Assembly (NCBI GenBank): GCA_964535465.1
Contig: CAZHUY010000001.1
Coordinates: 1-62,129, forward strand
Length of the DNA stretch: 62,129 nt
Direction: 5' to 3'
Source of the DNA: an uncultured Myxococcales bacterium
Lineage (GTDB): Bacteria; Myxococcota_A; Polyangia; Fen-1088
Part shown: positions 1 through 8,690 of the stretch, one piece after another
Layout: the number at the start of each line of letters is the position of its first letter
How positions within the stretch are numbered: position 1 is the stretch's first letter
Translations under genes and position numbers: made by a program
The notes under the pieces: generated by a model
What the model was told of the DNA's origin: nothing
The model's input: only the letters and a program-made list of their open reading frames with translations
Database searches by the model: none

Positions 1-1
1 G

Positions 2-1564
2 CAGGGTCCAAGGCTCGGGGGCCGCGGGATCCATCACCAGTTGCAGCTCGGCCGGAGTCACGCAGGCGCCGTCGGTCCAGCCACACAAGGCCAGCGCGGA
101 CCGGCGCACGGCCGGATGCGCGCACAGATCCGCTTGCGCGGGCGACGAAGCGTACGCGACGTCCAGGGCAGCCTCTCCCGGTCGCGCGCGTTCTTCCGCC
201 TCAGCCAGCTCCGCCAGCGTGTCGGTCATGGGCTGACCAAGGGCAGCGGCGAAGCGGCCCCAAGTCGCGCCGGCCGGGGCATGCAACCCCAACAGCCAAT
301 CCGTACCCGCCGCGGCTCGTGCGGGCTCGCGCGCCGGGGACAAAAAGAGCTCGAAGCTGGCGGGCAGTCCCTGCTCGGGCAGGAGCCGCTCCAACGCCTC
401 AGGATCGAGATCGATCTCGTGCCTTCCATGTGCCGCGGCCTGGGCCAGAGCGTCCGCTAGAAAAGCCAGGACATCGAGGTCGGGCGTCTGCCCGGATTTC
501 TCATCGGCCTTCTCCGCCAGGGCGCTGCCGAATCCCCCCGTGGCCAGCTCGGCCACGTCGAAAGCACCGGCGCCAAACAGCTCGACGAAGGTGTCCAACT
601 GCTCGGCCAGTCCGGCATCGCACAGTCGCTCAGCCGTCGGCCCCACCAGGGCCTCCTGCAATCGAAACAGCAACGGAGAGCAGGCCACCGCCCGTTCCGC
701 CGCCGCACGCGAGAGCCGTAGCGGATGGCGCGGACGATGCCTTAGGATCCCGGTCAGGTCGCTGCTCGAACGGCTGGCGCCGGGAAGATCGGCCAGCCGT
801 GACCGCGCATCGGTCACCGATTCGGCGGCGTCCAGGGCCAAACCTTGGCGAATGGGATCGACCAGGGGGGCGAGCACGTCTGGCAGAGCGGCAAGCCGCT
901 TGGTCATCCAGGTCGCACACGGCGGCCCCACCAGAGGCGGACAGAGATCGTGGGTCAGCACCCCGCGATCGACGAGGACCAAGAGCAGCTCGTCCGCCGA
1001 CTCCTCATCACCGGCGATGTCCAGCATGGCTTGCCCGAGCCGCGGCCACGGACACCACTGCCAAGCATGCTCGATGACGGTCGCGAGGACATCGTCGATC
1101 TCGCCGAAACGAACCTCCAAGCCGTCGCGCTCCAGCGCCAGCCACACCGCCTGCTCGCCCGCCGCCAACAGAGAAGGCACCACGCGCAGGCGCACGTGCG
1201 GCCGAAGTTCGGGCCACTCGAGCAGCTCGCGGCCAAGCGCGGCCACGCGCTCCCAAGTTGGGGCCAGTGCCGCCTCGACGAGGCCGGTTTCCATGCGGGT
1301 GCGCGCGCCCCATTGTCCCATGGCTACCCCTGCCAGCAGCCCCGCCGGGGTGGGACGAAAGGCCGCGCGACGGGCGTAGCGAGACAACGAGGCCGACGCG
1401 TCCGTCTGTCCGCGTTCCAGCGCCGCGGCCAGATCCGGGCTGGCCAATTGGATCGCGGCCGATCCCAAGGGATGCCGTTGCAGGGCCGCCGCCGCCCGGG
1501 GCAGCTCGCGCACGGGCAAGAGCGGCGCGCGCACGAGGAAGCGTGAGAGCAGGTGCAAAGCCAT
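2..1564 (-). CDS. LanB-type lantibiotic dehydratase family protein, N-terminal 521 codons only (continues beyond left edge)
   Basis: Open minus-strand frame from the ATG at 1564 to the window edge. All tta/cta/tca triplets on the + strand were checked and none falls in this frame. It is missing from the ORF track only because no stop lies in the window. The product MALHLLSRFLVRAPLLPVRELP... and ...SRYARRAAFRPTPAGLLAGVAMG... carries the N-terminal signature motifs of Lant_dehydr_N proteins. Confidence 0.7.
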   Translation of the reverse strand, partial: MALHLLSRFLVRAPLLPVRELPRAAAALQRHPLGSAAIQLASPDLAAALERGQTDASASLSRYARRAAFRPTPAGLLAGVAMGQWGARTRMETGLVEAALAPTWERVAALGRELLEWPELRPHVRLRVVPSLLAAGEQAVWLALERDGLEVRFGEIDDVLATVIEHAWQWCPWPRLGQAMLDIAGDEESADELLLVLVDRGVLTHDLCPPLVGPPCATWMTKRLAALPDVLAPLVDPIRQGLALDAAESVTDARSRLADLPGASRSSSDLTGILRHRPRHPLRLSRAAAERAVACSPLLFRLQEALVGPTAERLCDAGLAEQLDTFVELFGAGAFDVAELATGGFGSALAEKADEKSGQTPDLDVLAFLADALAQAAAHGRHEIDLDPEALERLLPEQGLPASFELFLSPAREPARAAAGTDWLLGLHAPAGATWGRFAAALGQPMTDTLAELAEAEERARPGEAALDVAYASSPAQADLCAHPAVRRSALALCGWTDGACVTPAELQLVMDPAAPEPWTL

Positions 1565-1571
1565 CGCGGTC

Positions 1572-2789
1572 TCAGGCCAAGATGTGATCGAGCAGGCGGC
1601 ACAGGGCAGCCAGTCGTACGCCACCGCGACCGGCTCCGCAGGGCTCGGGCTCGGGGATCTGCATGCGTGGCAGGCAGTCCTCGGGGGTGCCGGTGCGCTT
1701 CTTCAAGATGGCGCACGCCACGGTGTGGGCATCGAAGCGCGGCTTGGGCAGCTCGAGACCTTCGGCCGCCAGCGTGTTGCCGGGGAAATGCCCCCAGGTC
1801 ACCACCACGTCGCTCGGGCGCAGGAAGGCCTGCCATCTGGCCGCGAAGGAGTCCCAGGTTTCGCCGGAAAGCAGAGCGGTACTGCCGATGCGAATGTGGA
1901 AAGGCGTCGTGGGTGCCAAGGGATGGCGGGGGGCGATGACCGCCTCGAAGACCTCGCCGGTACTGGGCCGTCGGGCCAGCCAGTGCACGATCTCGGCCGC
2001 ATGGCGCACGGGCGCGTGGCGCGGCCAGGTGTTGGCCTCGCCATGAACGCACAGGATGTCGGTCTGGCGCTCGCGCAGAGTCGGCGGGATGGGACTGCGC
2101 GCCGGCCGGTTGTTACGCCGTGAATGCAGGCGATGGCGACTGCCCGGACTGGCGGCCACGTAGCGCAATTGCGATTCGACCATGGCGTGAAAGGGTCGCA
2201 GCATCGATTGAAAACGCTCGCGATCCCCTTCCAGGGCTCCCAGCACATGGGCCAGAGCCTCGATCGTGGCCGTGCAATGGAAGGCCGGCTCGCGCCGGAT
2301 GGGGTTGTAGGCGCTGGCCACGGCCGGCGTGAAACGCAGCTGCGGCAGTTGCATGAGCGCTGGATTGGCCTTGAGCAAGCGCTGCGCCTGTCCCCAAGTA
2401 CCGTCCACCAGAATCAAGGTCATGGGCGTGCCGGGAGGAACGGACTCCACGTCGCGCGCGTTGGGTCCGGGATAGATGACGTGCGCCTGCCCGCTGGCCA
2501 GCACGGCCTGCACCACCTGATCCTCGGAGAAATCGATCCCGACGCGCACGACGGCGTTGGGGAGGCACAGACGGGCGATGCGCACCGTCCCCACGCCCAC
2601 GTCGCGCTCGCGCGGGTGCTGCAGGATGATCACCCGCGTGCGGGTTTGCAGAGGCACGATGTGCGCGCAATAGCAGACGCTGACCGGACGCCAACAACGC
2701 GGGCACAGCTCGCGGGGCGCGGGTTCTTGCGCGGGGGTGACCAGGGCCTTGGGGGAAACGGACGGCGGCACGGGCAAGCCATAGTACAC
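1572..2789 (-). CDS. DTW-domain protein (tRNA acp-transferase fold) with ~200-aa C-terminal degenerate DnaQ-like extension
   Basis: 405-aa ORF. The N-terminal half has the DTW family signatures CPRCWRPVSVCYC, ILQHPRE and LILVDGTWGQA. The C-terminal half (ILCVHGEANTW ... VVVTWGHFPGN ... GGVRLAALCRLL) follows exonuclease-like motif order with the catalytic residues replaced (by eye). The stop at 1572-1574 is 7 nt upstream of the LanB ATG. Confidence 0.75.
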   Translation of the reverse strand: MYYGLPVPPSVSPKALVTPAQEPAPRELCPRCWRPVSVCYCAHIVPLQTRTRVIILQHPRERDVGVGTVRIARLCLPNAVVRVGIDFSEDQVVQAVLASGQAHVIYPGPNARDVESVPPGTPMTLILVDGTWGQAQRLLKANPALMQLPQLRFTPAVASAYNPIRREPAFHCTATIEALAHVLGALEGDRERFQSMLRPFHAMVESQLRYVAASPGSRHRLHSRRNNRPARSPIPPTLRERQTDILCVHGEANTWPRHAPVRHAAEIVHWLARRPSTGEVFEAVIAPRHPLAPTTPFHIRIGSTALLSGETWDSFAARWQAFLRPSDVVVTWGHFPGNTLAAEGLELPKPRFDAHTVACAILKKRTGTPEDCLPRMQIPEPEPCGAGRGGVRLAALCRLLDHILA

Positions 2790-2826
2790 GCCATGCGCGG
2801 CCGCCAGAACCCATTACAATGAAGGT

Positions 2827-3630
2827 GTGGTGAATTCGCTCTGCTGGTTTGTCGGTGCGCTGCTGGCCTCGTCCACCAGCGCGGCTCAATCGAAAGTCAC
2901 GACCTACGCGACGCCCGCGGCGGCGGTGCAGGCGCTCCTGGCCAGTCGTCCGCGCATGGTGGCGTTCGGCGAGTACCACCAACAGAAGAAGACAGCCAAG
3001 ATCCCCTCGGCGCTCAAGCGCTTCACCAGCGATATCCTCCCGGTGCTGGTCACGCATGGCGCGAGCGATCTGGTTGCCGAGACATGGATCACCACCGGAT
3101 CGTGCGGCGAGGAGGAGAAGAAGGCGGTGCTGCAAGTCAACGAGTCCACGCGCCGGCCGGCGCAGACCGAGGATGAGCTGGTCACCATGCTCCGCCGAAG
3201 CAAGGACGGCGGACTGCAACCCCGCATCCTGCAGATCACCTGCCAGGACTATCGGGCCATGATGGGGAATGGGGGCATGGACTACGATCGCCTGCTGCGC
3301 GTCACCCGCGATCAGTTGGAGACGCAGATACGCGCGGCCCTGGGCCGCCCCGAGAGCCACATGGTGGTCAGCTACGGCGGCGCACTGCACAACGATCGCG
3401 AGCCCTCAGCCGAACTATCGCCCTACGCCTTCGGCCCGGCCATTGCCCTCGCGGTCGGCGATCGTTATCTGGAGATCGATCTGTACGTGCCCGAATACAT
3501 CGCCAAGGACAAATCCATCCAAGCCCAGCCCTGGTACCGGCAGTACCGCGCGGCTTACCGGCCTGGTCACACCACCGTGGTCAGACGGGGACCGAATTCG
3601 TACGCGCTCATCTTCCCGCGCCGGAGGTAG
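2827..3630 (+). CDS. Secreted hypothetical protein, possible Tiki/ChaN/TraB-like fold
   Basis: 267-aa ORF with a GTG start and a signal-like N-terminus LCWFVGALLASSTSAAQS. The spacing FGEYHQQ ... LVAETW ... YGGALHND resembles the GxxH...E...H pattern of the Tiki/ChaN superfamily (by eye only). The start is uncertain because it lies only 37 bp from the divergent DTW gene. Confidence 0.55.
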   Translation: MVNSLCWFVGALLASSTSAAQSKVTTYATPAAAVQALLASRPRMVAFGEYHQQKKTAKIPSALKRFTSDILPVLVTHGASDLVAETWITTGSCGEEEKKAVLQVNESTRRPAQTEDELVTMLRRSKDGGLQPRILQITCQDYRAMMGNGGMDYDRLLRVTRDQLETQIRAALGRPESHMVVSYGGALHNDREPSAELSPYAFGPAIALAVGDRYLEIDLYVPEYIAKDKSIQAQPWYRQYRAAYRPGHTTVVRRGPNSYALIFPRRR

Positions 3631-5010
3631 TTAGCCGGGTCGGCGCAGGACCGCCGCGAAGAAGCCATCGGTGCCATGGCGGTGCGGGAAGACCTTGAGG
3701 AACGTGCCGTCGCCCAGGCGCCCTGCCCTCTCCTTGCCCCAGACGTCCTTCAACGGCATCAGGACGAAATCGGGACGTTCGGCCAGGAAACGCTCGACCA
3801 CGCCCTCGTTCTCCTGCCTCATGATGGTGCAGGTCGCATAAATCAAGCGACCGCCGGGCGCGACCAGGGGCGCGTAGGTCACCATCAGCGAGAGCTGCTG
3901 CGCGGGAAAGCTGTCGATGGTCTTGGCATCCAGACGCCAGCGCGCCTCGGGGTTGCGGCGCAAGGTCCCCATGCCCGAGCAGGGCGCGTCGACCAGCACG
4001 CGATCCCAACCGCCCAGCCTGGCCTCGCTGGGCCACTCGCTCCCCCGCACCTCGCGCGCCGCCACGTTGGACAGGCCCGCACGTCGCGCCCGCCGTCGCA
4101 GCTCTTCCAGTTTCTTCCCATTGGAATCGAGCGCCAGGATGCGGCCCTGCCCGTCGAGCAGCGCCGCCAGCGCCAGGGTCTTGCCCCCCGCGCCCGCGCA
4201 CGCGTCCACCACGCGGCCGCGCGGCGGCGGGGCCACGGTCTCAGCCACCAACTGACTGCCCTCGTCCATCACCTCGAACATGCCCTCGCGAAAGGCCGAC
4301 AACCCAAAGGCATTGACCCGGGTTTCGAAGACCAAACCCATGGGCGACAGCTCGGTGGGACTTGCCACCACGCCCTCTTCTTTCAAGCGCGCGATCAGCT
4401 CTTCGCGCGAGGCCTTGACCCCATTGGCCCGCACGGTCATCGGTGCCCGCTCATTCATGGCCGCGGTCAGGGCCAGCGCTTCCTCCTCGCCCAGATCATT
4501 CACCAGACGTTCGAGCATCCAGGTGGGGAACGACACACGCACGGCCTGCCGATCCAGGCCGGTGGTCTTGCCCAACCCTGCCTCCTCGTCGGTCGCCTTG
4601 CCCAGATCCACGTCCTTGCGCAGGATGCGGCGAACCTCGGCCTTGACCGCCTCGGCCGGCAAACCTTGTCGCAGCTCATAGACGATCAGCTTCAGCTCTT
4701 GCCGGGCCGAGGGCGAGAGCGCGTCCTGGGGGCCACGTCCCTGGGCCGCGGCGACCAACTCATCGACCACCGCCTGCAGCCGTCTCTCCCAGCGCACCAG
4801 ACCATAGACGGTTTCGGAGATCAGCCGTCGATCGCCGCTGCCCAACTGCCGATTGGCGCGAAATGTGGACGCCAGAATGTCGGTCAAGAATCCCCATTCC
4901 GAGGCGGCCTCGGCCACGATCTGCAGGGTCAGGGCACGCGCCTGGCCTGTCAGACGACGCACCGGCGTGCTGACCTGGACGGGATGATCGGAATCGTGGG
5001 AGTGGCTCAC
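3631..5010 (-). CDS. rsmB: 16S rRNA (cytosine-C5)-methyltransferase RsmB/Sun family
   Basis: 459-aa ORF with a NusB-like N-terminus followed by SAM methyltransferase motifs VVDACAGAGGKTLALAAL, DRVLVDAPCSGMGTLRRNPEARW and IYATCTIMRQENE. Confidence 0.9.
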   Translation of the reverse strand: MSHSHDSDHPVQVSTPVRRLTGQARALTLQIVAEAASEWGFLTDILASTFRANRQLGSGDRRLISETVYGLVRWERRLQAVVDELVAAAQGRGPQDALSPSARQELKLIVYELRQGLPAEAVKAEVRRILRKDVDLGKATDEEAGLGKTTGLDRQAVRVSFPTWMLERLVNDLGEEEALALTAAMNERAPMTVRANGVKASREELIARLKEEGVVASPTELSPMGLVFETRVNAFGLSAFREGMFEVMDEGSQLVAETVAPPPRGRVVDACAGAGGKTLALAALLDGQGRILALDSNGKKLEELRRRARRAGLSNVAAREVRGSEWPSEARLGGWDRVLVDAPCSGMGTLRRNPEARWRLDAKTIDSFPAQQLSLMVTYAPLVAPGGRLIYATCTIMRQENEGVVERFLAERPDFVLMPLKDVWGKERAGRLGDGTFLKVFPHRHGTDGFFAAVLRRPG

Positions 5011-5061
5011 GGGGCCACCTTATAGTGGGTGCCTGGGCGTGGGGCAACCCGCTGCTTCGAA

Positions 5062-5436
5062 TCAGCCCAGCTTGGCCTTGATGGTGCGCAACAGGGCCTC
5101 GAAGTTGACCGGCTTCTGAAAAACCGCGTCCAACCCCATCTCGCGGGTGCTGGTGGACACCGTCAGGGAATCGCCGAGCGAGCTCAAGAGGAGAACCGGT
5201 GCGGTGTTCCCCGCCAATTTCAATTCCTTGACCAGGCCGGTGCCCGAGTCGATCTCCTCCATCATCAGGTCCACGATGATCAGGTCTGGTCCGCTGGCCT
5301 TGAACTTCTTCAGGCCCTCCTCAGCCGAGAGCGCCGTCTCGGCGAGGTAACCGGCCTTGTTCAGGCGGAGGCGCAGGGCCTCTAGAATGTCCCCATCATC
5401 GTCCACGCACAGGATCAGGTACTTTCCGTCTTTCAT
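5062..5436 (-). CDS. Receiver-only (CheY-like) response regulator
   Basis: 124-aa ORF with ILCVDDDGDILE ... DLIIVDLMM ... PVLLLSS receiver motifs and no output domain. Its ATG lies 3 nt after the hoxW stop. Confidence 0.85.
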   Translation of the reverse strand: MKDGKYLILCVDDDGDILEALRLRLNKAGYLAETALSAEEGLKKFKASGPDLIIVDLMMEEIDSGTGLVKELKLAGNTAPVLLLSSLGDSLTVSTSTREMGLDAVFQKPVNFEALLRTIKAKLG

Positions 5437-5439
5437 GGC

Positions 5440-5952
5440 CTAGGCCTCTGGCTGGGGATCGCAGCCGCAGCGGCGATCGACATCATACTCCCTCGTATAC
5501 TCATCGAACCGGCGTTCCTTGAGCGCGTGTCTGGCGAAGGTCAGTGCGCTGGCGAGATTGGCCTGCGCGGCCTCGGACAGCGTCTCGCACATCTCGCCGA
5601 AGGCATAACCGCGAATCCCCAAGGTGAAGGCCCGGGTCTTCGCACCGAACATCTGCTGCGCCAGCGCCAACACCTGCCCCGGGGTGGCGCTGTGACTCGA
5701 AAAGCTCATCTCTCGGGCCGGCTCGACCCGGCTGAAGCGAAAGGGAGCAGGCCCCTTCATGTCGGCGTCGACGAAGATGACCACCTCATACCCGGCCAAG
5801 GTCGCGGAATCCTCGACGGAGAGTTGGTAGTCGGATTCGTAAACCACGCCCTCTACGCCCGCGTCCTCCAGGGCCGAAACCAACCTTGGTCCCAGGCCAT
5901 CGTCACCGCGGCCGAGATTGCCGTAACCATAGAAAAGGATCGGCCTGGTCAT
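5440..5952 (-). CDS. hoxW: Hydrogenase maturation (C-terminal processing) protease
   Basis: 170-aa ORF with GYGNLGRGDDGLGPRLV and FVDA motifs of HycI/HoxW endopeptidases. Its start overlaps the hoxH stop (ATGA at 5949-5952). Confidence 0.85.
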   Translation of the reverse strand: MTRPILFYGYGNLGRGDDGLGPRLVSALEDAGVEGVVYESDYQLSVEDSATLAGYEVVIFVDADMKGPAPFRFSRVEPAREMSFSSHSATPGQVLALAQQMFGAKTRAFTLGIRGYAFGEMCETLSEAAQANLASALTFARHALKERRFDEYTREYDVDRRCGCDPQPEA

Positions 5953-7382
5953 CCGCGACTCATCTCATGAAGGATCTGGCCCTGGTGGTCAACCAGGGTC
6001 ACATCCAGCGCCATCTGTCCCAAAGCATGCGTCGCGCATGACAGGCACGGATCGTAGGCGCGAATCGCCACCTCGATGTGATTCAAGAGCCCTTCGGTGA
6101 TCTCCTTGCCCGTAAGATGGTCCTGCGCCACCTTGGCCACCGCGCGGTTCATGGGCTCGTTGTTGTTGGTGGTGGAGACGATCAGGTTGGCCATCACGAC
6201 CTGATCGTTCTTGTCCACCTTGTAATGATGGAAGAGCGTCCCGCGCGGCGCCTCGATGAGGCCCACGCCCTCCTCGCGACGCTCGCCCTTGGTCACCAGG
6301 TCCGCGCCCTGCAGATCCTTGTCGTTGAGCAGCTCCTGGATCTTCTCGATGGCATGCAGCAGCTCGATCATGCGCGCCCAGTGGTAGGCCATGGTGATGT
6401 TGTTGGGCTTGCCCCCGGTGACCGCGCGAAATTCCCGGCGGGCGGCCTCGGCCAGCGGGGTATCGATGAAGTCCGCGGTGTTCAAACGCGCCAGCGGCCC
6501 CACCCGGTACCAGCCGTCCTTGGGTCCTATCTTGCGGATGAAGGGGAACTTCATGTACGACCAGTCGCGCACCTCTTCGGCGATGAACTCGACGTATTTC
6601 TGGTAGTCGATCTGGTCGAAGATGGTTGCGCCCTGGCTGTCCACGGCGCGCAGGTTGCCGTGGTAAAGGTCCATGGCGCCGTCCTCGCGCACCAGCGAGA
6701 GGTGATTCGAATCGAAGGAGCCGAAGGGCGCCAGCTCCTGCAGGTGACTCGTGGTGTAGTCGCGCGCGATGTGCACCGCCGACTTGGCCCACGTCATCTG
6801 CTGGTCGAGCTCCTTCAGGAAAGCATCGCGCTCTTCCAGACTGAGGTTCTTGTTCACCCCGCCGGGGATGGCGCCGGTGCCGTGGATCTTCTTGCCCGCG
6901 GTGGCCTTGATGATCTCCTGCCCGTACTTGCGCATCATCACCGCCTGGACGGCCAGGTCCGGGTACTTGCCGGCCACGCCGATCACGTTGCGAATCGCCA
7001 CCGGCGCATCGAAGCCGAACAGCAGATCGGGCGACGCCAGGTGGAAGAAGTGCAAGGCGTGCGACTGGTACATCTGCCCGTAGTGCATCAGGCGCCGTAC
7101 CTTCTCCGCCGTGGGGGTCAGGCGTGTCGCGCCCACGATCACATCCATGGCCTTGGCCGCAGCCAGGTGATGGCTGACCGGGCAGATGCCACACAAGCGC
7201 TGGACCAGCACCGGTATCTCCCAGAATAGACGACCTTGTATGAACCGCTCGAAGCCGCGGAACTCGACAATGTGCAAGCGCGCCTGCACGACTCTGCCGC
7301 TCTCGTCGAGCAAGATGGTGACCTTCCCGTGTCCCTCGACGCGGGTAACCGGCTCGATGACAACTCGTTTCACGACGCTCAC
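5949..7382 (-). CDS. hoxH: [NiFe]-hydrogenase large subunit, NAD-linked bidirectional type
   Basis: 477-aa ORF with the N-terminal RVEGHGKV and RLCGICPVSH motif and the C-terminal DPCLSCATH Ni-Fe ligand motif. A ~24-aa tail follows, of the kind removed by HoxW. Confidence 0.95.
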   Translation of the reverse strand: MSVVKRVVIEPVTRVEGHGKVTILLDESGRVVQARLHIVEFRGFERFIQGRLFWEIPVLVQRLCGICPVSHHLAAAKAMDVIVGATRLTPTAEKVRRLMHYGQMYQSHALHFFHLASPDLLFGFDAPVAIRNVIGVAGKYPDLAVQAVMMRKYGQEIIKATAGKKIHGTGAIPGGVNKNLSLEERDAFLKELDQQMTWAKSAVHIARDYTTSHLQELAPFGSFDSNHLSLVREDGAMDLYHGNLRAVDSQGATIFDQIDYQKYVEFIAEEVRDWSYMKFPFIRKIGPKDGWYRVGPLARLNTADFIDTPLAEAARREFRAVTGGKPNNITMAYHWARMIELLHAIEKIQELLNDKDLQGADLVTKGERREEGVGLIEAPRGTLFHHYKVDKNDQVVMANLIVSTTNNNEPMNRAVAKVAQDHLTGKEITEGLLNHIEVAIRAYDPCLSCATHALGQMALDVTLVDHQGQILHEMSRG

Positions 7383-7403
7383 GTCACACTCCTTGGCAGA
7401 AGG

Positions 7404-7952
7404 TCAGTCGTACTTGATCAGCCCATAAGGCAGCTTCACCGGCTTGCTGGTCAGCAGAGCCACCAGCGCCTCCCACAATGTGTCCGCCGAGGGCGGGCAT
7501 CCCGGCAGAGAGTAGTCGACCTTCACCACTTCATGGCAGGGATAGACCTTGTCGAGGAGCAGGGGCAGCTCCGGATCGTTGGGAATCTTGCGGCTCGGAT
7601 TGTAGACGGTGGGACCGTCGAGATAGGCCTCGTGCAGGCACTCGCGCACCGGGATCCAATTGCGCATACCCGGCAATCCGCCCATGGTCGCGCATTCCCC
7701 GACGACCACCAGAGTGTCGCAGTTTTTGCGGAAGCTCTGCAAGACGTGCACGTTCTCCTCGTTACAGCAACCACCCTCAATCAAACCAACCGCACAACGG
7801 TCAGTGAACTGTTTGATGTCGTTGATGGGGGATTTGTCGAAGTCCACCAGCTCAACCAGCTTCAAAATGCGCTCATCGATGTCCAGCAGCGACATGTGAC
7901 ATCCGAAACAACCGGCCAGGGAGACCGTGGCCACCTTGGGTTTGCCGCTCAT
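7404..7952 (-). CDS. hoxY: [NiFe]-hydrogenase small subunit (HoxY type)
   Basis: 182-aa ORF starting MSGKPKVATVSLAGCFGCHMSLLD, with further Cys clusters typical of the short group-3 small subunits. Its start overlaps the hoxU stop (ATGA). Confidence 0.9.
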   Translation of the reverse strand: MSGKPKVATVSLAGCFGCHMSLLDIDERILKLVELVDFDKSPINDIKQFTDRCAVGLIEGGCCNEENVHVLQSFRKNCDTLVVVGECATMGGLPGMRNWIPVRECLHEAYLDGPTVYNPSRKIPNDPELPLLLDKVYPCHEVVKVDYSLPGCPPSADTLWEALVALLTSKPVKLPYGLIKYD

Positions 7953-8680
7953 CGGGCCCCTCCTGTCTCGCTGTTCTTGCCGTGCTTTTCAATCTCGGAT
8001 CCGATGGGCTCCTTGTCGAAGGCTCGCTGGCCCACGGGCGTCGCGAAGCCCACGCGCTTCTTCATCAGGGCCCCGACGGGACAGATCGCACTCGCCATGT
8101 CCGTGACCGCGGCGTCGGTGCCCGCCAGCCCCGCGGCAGAATTCGCGGCCACCCGCTTGTGGGCCCCGCGCCCCCCGAACCCATACACATGCTTGCCGTC
8201 CAGCTCCTGCGAGGCGCGCACGCAGCGCGCGCACAGAATGCAGCGGTTGCGATCCAGGAAGATGTCGGGATGGCTGGCGTCCACCTCACGCAGCGGGAAG
8301 AAGTAGGGATACCGTGGGGCCAGCATGCCTAGGCGATACCCCATGGCCTGCAGCTCGCAGTTGCCGCTTTTCTCGCAGGTTGGGCACAGGTGGTTTCCCT
8401 CCACGAACAACATCTCGATCAGCTCACGTCGCATGCGGTGCAGAGTGTCCGTGTCATTCTCGATGACCATGCCCTCCGCGATGGGTTGTATGCATGCGGC
8501 TTGGGGACGTCCGTTGACCAACACGGTACAGACTCGACAACTACCCCAGGGGGAGAGGCCGCGCTTGGCGCACAGGTGGGGGATGTAGATTCCGGCCAAC
8601 GCCGCTGCCTGGAGGATGGTTTGTCCCGCCTGCCCCTGCACCTCGACGCCGTCGATGGTGATGGTGATGGTGCCACTCAT
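7949..8680 (-). CDS. hoxU: Diaphorase iron-sulfur subunit HoxU (NuoG-like N-terminal module)
   Basis: Start chosen at MSGTITITIDG (8680), 10 nt after the hoxF stop. The 42-aa N-terminal extension in the track would overlap hoxF. The product has a 2Fe-2S motif CAKRGLSPWGSCRVC...C and 4Fe-4S motifs CPTCEKSGNCELQ and CILCARCVRA. Confidence 0.9.
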   Translation of the reverse strand: MSGTITITIDGVEVQGQAGQTILQAAALAGIYIPHLCAKRGLSPWGSCRVCTVLVNGRPQAACIQPIAEGMVIENDTDTLHRMRRELIEMLFVEGNHLCPTCEKSGNCELQAMGYRLGMLAPRYPYFFPLREVDASHPDIFLDRNRCILCARCVRASQELDGKHVYGFGGRGAHKRVAANSAAGLAGTDAAVTDMASAICPVGALMKKRVGFATPVGQRAFDKEPIGSEIEKHGKNSETGGAR

Positions 8681-8690
8681 GATGTCCCTC

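Noticed and set aside
41-1546. Four overlapping + strand ORFs (41-460, 319-1077, 540-1379, 845-1546) with Arg/Pro/Ala-rich translations
   Set aside because: They are antisense or alternate-frame shadows of the LanB-type gene on the minus strand. They have low-complexity composition and no motifs.
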